64,000 nucleotides of DNA from Nitrospirales bacterium (GTDB taxonomy: Bacteria; Nitrospirota; Nitrospiria; Nitrospirales; UBA8639): contig CBDBCZ010000015.1 of assembly GCA_965203295.1 (NCBI GenBank), forward strand, positions 320,001 to 384,000, read 5' to 3'. This document shows, piece by piece, positions 55,301 through 64,000 of the stretch. The notes beneath the pieces were generated by a model. That model made no database searches. It worked only from the letters and a program-made list of their open reading frames with translations, and had not been told where the DNA came from. The translations under genes and the position numbers were made by a program. Every line of letters begins with the position of its first letter. Within the stretch, counting starts at the first letter, position 1.

Positions 55301-56273
55301 AAAAATTTCCATAGTTCATGGTAGTTCTATATGTGTAATAGTTACCTTGCTGTCGTGATCTGTACTTGTTGAGGGCTTGTGCTACCTGAGAAGGGCTTGT
55401 ATCTACGGAGTCAAAGCCAAGGGCTGGGCTCCCATCGTAAGGTTTGTGATTTTAGTATGAGCAAAAGGTTACTGTTTATTTGTACATATGATTAGCTAAG
55501 AGCTGAGGTGTTATTAACTTAATATTTGGTTGAAACTGGTCTTTTTTCTTCTCTCCATGTTTCTTTTTCACTGTAAGATTTTTGTGGTGAAAGGCTTTTT
55601 TCACACATATCACTCTATTTCACTGTACATTCACAAAGGCCGGAAGATGAGTGTGCAGAGGTGAAGAAAGGGAGGGTGTACTTTACCAAGCTAAGGGAAG
55701 AAATTGCAGCCTGGAGATGGACATGAAGGTGGAGTGCATGGTGCAGACTCACAATACAAAATCAACTGATTAAACTAGAGCTGGAATATACGTATGGGTC
55801 AAAGAATTTGGGTATAATTCCTTTTTTGTGGCCAGCTTACGTACCTGATTGTATTGCAATATGCTGCACATTCTCTATTATACCACAATACGTAAGTCTA
55901 AGTGCTACTGAATGACAACTCATGATTATATTAATCTTTCACCTGCTATGTATGTACAAAGCAAGTGGTGGGGTTGAACCTTTACAAAGATTTTCAGTGA
56001 AAAGCTTTATAATGTTAATGTCAGACAGGATAAGAACAATCTCAGGCCCTGCGAAATATTATCATCCCCTGCATCCAAACTACATGGGTAAGAGTTGACT
56101 CAATTAGTCTACCAGGCTATTAAATGCTTCATAAAAACTCTGCTGCTGGTTGCTGGTAGTATACGTATACATCTAACATGATCAGTTGTAATTTGGCAAA
56201 AACATACATATGTACATATCACACATACATATGTTACTTCCCTACATACACCGTTCACAAACGGCTTTTACAT

Positions 56274-57340
56274 ACCACTTTTTCCAGGTCTGCTATCTTG
56301 CCATACAAGGCATCTCTCTCAGCTTGAGCTTGACTCATTAACTGTTGGTGGGCCTCCAGAACTGCTGCCTATGAAGGAGAGGTATTGGGAGAATCGTTTC
56401 AACAGCAGTAGATTCAACACGGCAGACTTGTCTCAATTGCACCCTTCTCATCTTTTCCTTTTGAGCTTCCTCCCTTTCTCTTTCAAGCCTCTCAATTTCT
56501 TCATGACCCAAAATATTCTCCCTATAGCAGCAGTATGTAGATGTAGGCTGTATCTCAATTATCGCAAATAGCTAATATGTTTGTACACGTGTTTTAGCTG
56601 TTGAAGTGGGTTATATCTTAATTATCGTACTAATAGTATGAACCTGTATTCAAGCTGTTGCTTCAACTTTGTGATCTCTTGCTGATAGGCTGACAGCAGT
56701 GCTTTCTGTGACATGTCCTTGTTGATCTGCACAGTGTTCATGCTACTTTTTGCCCTGAGTATTCAAGTGTGGATGTAGAAAGAGAATACTGCTAAGAAAG
56801 AACTGATAAGAAGCATGTTTTAAAAAGCGTAAAGACAAACCAATCTGAAGAAAACAGATTTAGCCAGGGTCTCTGAATACAACACTAGGTGTGCTAGTAG
56901 TGATGGCTGCCAGCAGATATGTATACAACTCAGCCGTTACTAGTATGAAATATGTACGTGAACAGACTGCTACGTATTTGCATGTAACATTTAATGATAG
57001 CATGCTTCTCTTACACCAGAGTAAATTCTCATACTACATTTTCATGGTGGGTGCAATTACGTGCAAATAAGTACTGGATACTGGTATATACGTATGTACA
57101 TGCGTACCTCTGTTTTTCCAAATCTTATACTGGGTTATTGCTGCATACATAATTCATTGCATTAATCTTATGTACATGGGCAGTACCTTTTGGCAAATTT
57201 GAGTGTATTGAGTGACTATGCATACCTACGTACTAGAGACAGGTATGATGGTAGCAATGAGGGTGGTTTTGCAGTTGCCTCCAAGGCAGTCCTGCAGCAA
57301 CCGTGTCAGCTTAGAATCTCAATAAGGAATATACTTCACC
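56274..57340 (-). pseudogene. Kinesin-like gene fragment (end of motor, neck, coiled coil); further exons probably extend toward ~54800
   Basis: [30 protein letters not shown] (TGA at 57319-57321 replaces conserved Arg); exon 56754-56644 RAKSSMNTVQINKDMSQKALLSAYQQEITKLKQQLE; coiled-coil exons at ~56523-56274. Confidence 0.85.
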
Positions 57341-59414
57341 CCCTAGGATATGCTTGTTTCTTGAGTGCACCAAGTACCTCCAGTTTTACTACATGCAGGT
57401 ACGAGCTACTGGTCATATGACACACTTCCAAGGCTGAGGATGAATGGCCATACTCTAGTAAAACCCTGGCGACTTCAGCCAGGAACTGCTCATCATCCTG
57501 AATGGAAGTACGTAAATCAGAGTCATGCTGAAGGCTTGTGCTAGAACATAGATAAGTACCATCAGTACAACTGACTTATTAAGCTAGAGATGTCACCAGT
57601 ATTAAAATGGAGTTAGAATCTGTAAGTTATGACTATAGGCCTTGGAACGTTTTGTCTTGCTGCAGAATACATACACAACACATGCTAGCTGCACTGTGGT
57701 TCACACAAAACCTATCATACGTACACATATGTATGTATGTATGTGAACGTGCTAGTGTAATACAACTTCTGGCCAGTTAGTAGCCTAACAGATGCTGCCC
57801 ATGGAAGTGTAAGATATTAATAGTATCTCCACTTACTTAGTAAACCATAAACATACAGCAATGTATAATATTAAGTTAATATGTATACAGTAACCTATCC
57901 AACTATATTGTAAACTTCAGATCTACATATACATACATACCTCTTTCTTAGGTGTTGCTAAAAATTGCATGGCCTCTTTGACTAACCCTTCAGGGTGTAT
58001 GCACGCAACAGCCAATAAAGTACCATGCACCCATTTGAATGTGATGTGTATTGAAAACTGCCAAGTTGATAGCCTGGGCGCACATTATTGTAGCCATATG
58101 TACTTTCTTGTCGTTTATAAATATCACTACTAACAGTCCACATGAACAGAGAGCAGAACTGTAGCCATGGGAAGGAAGGACAAACTACGTACATGTATAT
58201 GGAGCTAGCATATACCTGTACATGTAGCAAAAGTGACATACTGTTCATGCAAGTAATGGCTGCCAAGTGGAGGCAGTGTACACTACAACATTCCCAAGTC
58301 ATTTGGCTGATCTACTGCTGTTCATACATGTACACAGGCTTTGATTACTCTGCTCCTGGAAGCCACACTGTATGTACTGTATTGACTGGCAGACACTACA
58401 AAGAAATAATGGGATCAACACAAGAGGGTGATTAATACAGGGTTGAATGCTTTGATACAGTTATAAATCCCTTTCTTCCTTAAATTTTGTTTTGATTGTG
58501 CTTTCAATTATACGTAAATGGTAGTGTCAGCAATTAATTTGCTATGGAATAGGAAGATAATATCCATTCATTGAACCAAGTCAGACTCACTGTTTATCCC
58601 CCATGACTGAAAATCCTGTAGATATATATCATGCATTCCTACTTCAGGCCCAGCATCATCCACGTGGACAATTAATTGCAAAATAATTTACAAGCTCAAT
58701 CAGCATTATCTCAAATTATGAAGAGTAGGCTTGAGATAAATGCTATTCTCCAATTCTTTGATTTTTATTTCAAATTATTTCTCAAGTAACAGCTTTTGCT
58801 ACACTGTAACAAAAATTATTAAGTGAGCATTCTAGGAAAGACAAGTATGATGACACTAATACACCGATCACTTGATCAGACGCAATTGATACTATCATAG
58901 AGTGCTAGCTAGCCACTCCACCAAAGAAAATTATTGCCAGTCCTCTTGCATTGCCGGCGGGAGGGCAGGGCTGGCCCACTCATCTTGGCACATGCCACCA
59001 ATAAACGATGAGGTTTGCTACTACTCTAGAATCATGCTTTATGCTAATGTCTTGCTATTATTTTCAGCATAATTATTTCAAGCCTCTAATGATAAGAACC
59101 TATATGTAAATCTAGCAAGCTGTATTGTAGAGTAAAAGGTGCTATTGAAAATTCAACCACAAAGGGCTACAATGCCGCATAGTTTCTTCATCAAGTGAAA
59201 GCACTATCACCCTGTAGAAACAGTTTAGTGACAATGAATATCCTGCATGACAACTACTTCAGTGGTGTAGCCTCACCAGGTGCTGTATATGCAAAGCAGT
59301 ACTCAAAAGAGAATGAAGACTGTACTACACTACGTAGCTAGCATGTTTGTAGTTCACTGCTTCTGTGCAGTCGCTTATAATATATACTCATGTGGCGGCC
59401 ATAACACTTATATC

Positions 59415-59560
59415 ATTGACCACGCACCCACATACGCAGGCGGAGCTTGCAAGACCTCTAGTCAGAGGACAAGAGAAAGAGCAACCAGATGTTTAATTAA
59501 CCAGTACCATCCTGATTGCCATATAATTTATTCTTCCAGATTAATAATATAAACTCTTAA
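59415..59560 (-). mobile_element. LINE 3' end fragment
   Basis: CCCACATACGCAGGCGGAGCTTGCAAGACCTCTAGTCAGAGGACAAGAG matches 2838-2890. Confidence 0.75.
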
Positions 59561-60373
59561 TTACAGTCACTAATACTGAGCATGAACATTTGTTTGTGGG
59601 TGGATAGATAGAGGTACTGATTGCTAGAATACTACCAAGGTACTCACCACTATCCCAGGGGCTTGGGAAGATGTTTCGGAATACGGGGGCTGGCGCAAGA
59701 GACTGCACAGCGGCAGATAGTGTTTCCACACAGTGCAGAAAAATTTTTTGGGACTGATTTGGCAGCTACAAAGAAACAGCAGTGACACTGTGTGAGAGCC
59801 ACGAAGCCGGGGTGAAAAAAGACTGACTATGCCTCTGGGCTACCATATCAATGCAAGAACACAACAGTTGTACAGTGCAGACGAATATATTATGGACCAT
59901 ATATACTAACCATACAATAATAGACTAGTTATGGCTAGGTATCATCAATTAATGCATGAAATGAAAATTACATTCCTGTGTTATGCAATACTTCACCAGC
60001 AACAATTCAATATCACCATACATAAGACATAAAAACATACCCAACAAGCTTCTTTAGTTCCTTCAATCGGTCAGTGTAGTACACCACAGCTGTAAGATCA
60101 CTTATCGATATATTCTCTGGGCAACTTCTTAATACTACAGCCTTATGATGTGTGTGTGTATACGTAGCATCGTTACCAGTCTCCACTCCCCACTTTTATG
60201 CACCTATAATAAAATCTCTGTGGCTATACAACAGTAACAATAATATCTCTGGAGCAATTTTAGTCAGTTGCAAAAAAAAGATAATGCTGCAGGAAAGTAG
60301 TAGCTACTACATAACTGCCAACCCTAAGCTGACTCAAAAATGTAAATAAATTGCACTGTGCATTCGTATTTTT

Positions 60374-60436
60374 ATAGGGCTAGGGTTAGGATAGGGGTTA
60401 GAGTTCGGTTTGGGGCTAGGGTTAGATAGTGTTAGC
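60374..60436 (+). repeat. Degenerate (TTAGGG)n-like tract
   Basis: TAGGGCTAGGGTTAGGATAGGGGTTAGAGTTCGGTTTGGGGCTAGGGTTAG. Confidence 0.6.
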
Positions 60437-61499
60437 ACTGTGCAGTTCATAGATTTATACAATGGTAACAGATTATTTTTATAAAATAGCACTGATTCAC
60501 AAAATGCGGCCAATACACGTACATGCTTATATATGTATGTAAATATACATACTAACCTGTACACATTTACTCACTCGGACCTAATACGTATGCTGGAGAA
60601 TTAAATCGCAAGATACAACCTAGAGTGGAGCCGGTTTATCTAATAATAAACTTGGTCATTGTACTATGAAGTATGAATACAGTAGTACGCACCATTCAGT
60701 AGATTCCACAATGATGGAAATTCCTACCTGTTCTGCAGTACGTGTATTTCTTCACTCTGGGTCTCCATGTTATAGCAGCATACCGTCTGCGTAGAACCTG
60801 CATTAATAGTGAGATTCACAATCAGTATTATACATATGAGCAAGTACAACTCTATGTTACGGTGAGCTGTATTGTAGAAGTGGAATTATGTACACCATTC
60901 TCCATATACTTGATCTGAGGTATAGGCCTAAAGAAATGTACATGAAACCATCTATGATGAATCGCACAATTCATGGTCAAGCAGATGCAATCCATTCCTA
61001 TAATTGCACAGCTGTCGTGATGCCGCTTTAGTTTACCACTCCCACAAGCTGTTGTCCTGACATGCATACATACCCCGTCAGCTTGCGCACTACAGCGCTA
61101 GCTAGTAGTCTATATTAAATGTGTCCAACCAGATACTTATGCCAGTATGCCACTCAAATAATCCCGGTCTCCTTCATTAAAAATGTGGCTTGGGGCTGGG
61201 AATATAGGATCTAAAAAAAACATAACCACATATCGACTCACGCAAAGACACGAGGAGAGCACACTGCCTCTGGCATGAGACATGTACTGCGTAGAGATGA
61301 ACTGGGGGTGTGGCTGCCGATGTTGAGCCACACTCTAAGCATTTACCACATGGTGCGGTGTCAGATGGGCCCCAAATCGAAGTTATTGACTTTGGAAGGC
61401 TGTACCTACTTTCGGTTCATGGATAGTCATGAACAGAAGGTAATAAATAGTGGAAAGAAAAAATCTACATAGGTTTTTGGTAATAGTAATATCAGTACA

Positions 61500-62435
61500 G
61501 TTGCAAGAAGGATAATTAATGTTAGTTCCAGTACTTCACCCTCCTTTAGAATAGGGTAGTAAAGTGTGGGCTTGTAGTACATGGCAGACAGCTTCATTGG
61601 AATTTATTCAGCTAGGAGCAGCTAAAAATATACTTGGCTGCTCTTCTAAAACGTGTAATGAAGCAGTATGGGGTTAGAATCTTTTGAAAGGCAGGAGGCA
61701 TAGGTGCATGCAGACTTAAGTGGTGTTATAAAGTCAGTAATTTGCATGATAAGAGATATCCTAGCTTACTAGACAGTGAGTGGTAAGAGAAATCGTGCAG
61801 AGCTAGGCAAAGGAAGACCTGGAAGAGAGTAGGTAGTAAAATGTTTCTGCAGTCATTAAATCAAGAGAGTCAGGATATATTTGCTGAAGAGTACAAACTA
61901 TTGACCGTATCTAAGCTCCCCCCTAAAAATCGTCTAATTCTCTCACAAAAATATTTCTAATGGTAGACACTCCCAGAGCACATGTACTACACTCCCACAT
62001 TGCACCCCACATAACTTACACTGCCTCATCACCTAACTCTTTATTCAGACCATAAGTACCTGAACCTAAATTTAAACATCAATCATGTTCCTGGATCCCC
62101 AACCCCTGCAAGTAGATCTAATTCTATTTTTTTAAAAAAAGACTTGTACAGCCTCAGCTTATCAGTATTTATATCTTAACACTTCATCTACTCTCTCTAG
62201 GAACACATTTACATTTGAGAGAACAGGCTGTGTTTTAGGGTGTGAGAACTGCGACAGGTATGATTTTAGGGGTGTATTAAGAGTAGTTATTGATCAGGGA
62301 TACTAGGAAGAATAAATTATGTTGTGATCAAAATAATGAAACATCTGTTTGTTCTTGCTCTTGTCCTCGGACTGGAGATCTTACAACTGTGTATGTGTGA
62401 GCGTGGTCAATGGCATACGCGCTACAACAGCGACA
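61500..62435. mobile_element. Rearranged LINE 3' fragments in both orientations (+ ~61500-61900, - ~61965-62212, + ~62215-62435)
   Basis: ACACTCCCAGAGCACATGTACTACACTC matches 3132-3160; the flanking parts match the reverse complement of 2810-3030 and 3400-3800. Confidence 0.7.
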
Positions 62436-63125
62436 CAAGTAAATTACAACCTATCTGCATTATATCAGCTGCAGTTGACGTGCCATTCTTGTGATATGTA
62501 CAAACCTGTGAAACAGTGTATCCCTTGCGGAAAGTACTGAAAGAAACAGAGCTACTCTTTCGAGTAGACCTAAAGGTAGAGCTGGCTTTACTGCTCGGGT
62601 ACTGTGCCACACCTGAGAGAAGAGAGAGCAGGAATATTAAGCATGGACAAACCTGTCAGATCTGACGATAAAGGAGCAGGCACACATAAAAGGTACCCCT
62701 CTTGTTGTCTAGATGTTTTCACTCAAGAGTTCTACCATAATTTTGTTCATGGCTAGGAATGACGATGACTCCTTGTATTTACTATGTAAGGTACATGTAG
62801 GTGGTACCACATCATTGAACACATTAATTACAACTGCTTGCTAAACCTTAGTCATCAATGTTTATAGGGGTGAGGATTTTACGAAACTAGATTGCACCAT
62901 TGCATATCTTCAGTTTGAACACATACAAAACCCACCTTTTCACTTAGAATATGAAACAGGAAAATGCAAAATGTTGTAATTCGATGTTCACGAGGAAGCC
63001 TTAGAAATTATAAAACCTTCTGTGACTTCTTGAAGGCAGAGGTTAAGTGAATCCATTGGCAAAGTAAAGATTAACAGCTAGCTTCTGCTGATGAATCAGG
63101 TAGTCCTCACAAACAGATATTTTTA

Positions 63126-63710
63126 GTTCTTGTTCCAAAATCTGGGTCCAGGTGGACCAAATTTAAAAGGACTAGCTACTTGATATAGATTACCTGCTGC
63201 ACGTTAGAGACTCAGGTAAATTACATAGCTGCAATCCAGCATGCAGGTATGGGGCTATTATAATATAGGTTCATCGCGCAAAGCTGTCTGGCATATACAG
63301 CGTGCTTGATGTCTACACAGAAGCTTAACATTCCAATGCCAATTTTAATGCATTTTATAATTATATTAGATGTCAAGATATATACGGTATATGCTTTCCC
63401 CTATATTATACGGGCGCATACATGTACATACGTATGTGTACCCATAGCTGGGAGAGAGTTACGTGTACTTCATTACTCTAAGTAGTGCCATAGATAGCAG
63501 CAACATGAAGCTGTAATGGTTGAAGATCAGACAGCCCAAAATGCTCCAGTAAATCCCCTGAAATTTGTAATGAAGCTATAGACTCCAGGGATGCTGTAGA
63601 GAATACTGTGGAGAAGCCCCAACTACAAAATTTGAGGGTAGGAAAGTGAAAGATTGCAATCTATCATTTCTAGAAAACTTTGGTTAGGGCATACGAAGAC
63701 CATTCAATGG
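63126..63710 (+). repeat. Second copy of the 47622-48310 segment
   Basis: Colinear, high-identity match to 47622-48310. Confidence 0.9.
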
Positions 63711-64000
63711 TAGAGTAAGCCACTGATGATCGGCCACCAGTTATATTCGGACGCACTAGCGCCGAGCGCGTAAATTACCGGAAGTGGGCGGGGCCTTCAA
63801 TCGATAGCACTGACCCACTACCATACTGCTGCACGCCGAGTTTTCGCCATCGTAGCTACTTTGAGCACGGAGGGGTATTATTGAATGTAGAGCCGTGTCA
63901 CCCTCTCTATAATCGGACAGTGGATTTTGTCTTTTTTCGGTGAAAGGACGCCAAAACACTCTCCAAACGCTAGGATTTGGATATCGTTGGAAAGTACAGA
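63711..64000. mobile_element. Another copy of the TAGAGTAAGCC foldback element, internally deleted and running off the window end
   Basis: Starts TAGAGTAAGCCACTGATGATCGGCCACC; matches 50881-51348 with a deletion after CTGACCC. Confidence 0.9.

Overview
Eukaryotic, repeat-dense window with short GT-AG introns and no long intact ORF. The NIDO/EGF/SRCR exons and the MITE types suggest an invertebrate animal, plausibly a demosponge (inference only). It contains: (i) a ~5.2 kb intron-containing piggyBac-family element (minus strand, DDD triad intact, one stop plus frameshifts) with acidic and RGG-rich N-terminal exons and MITEs nested in its introns; (ii) two Ginger/GIN-type integrase remnants with C-terminal PHD fingers, one with three spliceosomal exons; (iii) a KDZ (Kyakuja-Dileera-Zisupton) transposase exon beside a 59-bp tandem array; (iv) many decayed copies of one LINE family; (v) many non-autonomous elements: 43-531 bp CA..TG elements with 7-bp TSDs, a 9-bp-TSD element, TTAA-flanked elements, a 1.14-kb foldback and HINE/Helentron-like elements; (vi) disrupted intron-retaining host-gene fragments (NIDO-EGF-SRCR, RCL1, AGPS, kinesin). 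All calls come from reading and recalling motifs by eye; no searches were run, and coordinates marked ~ are approximate. No prokaryotic-type system (CRISPR, TnpB/Fanzor) was seen.
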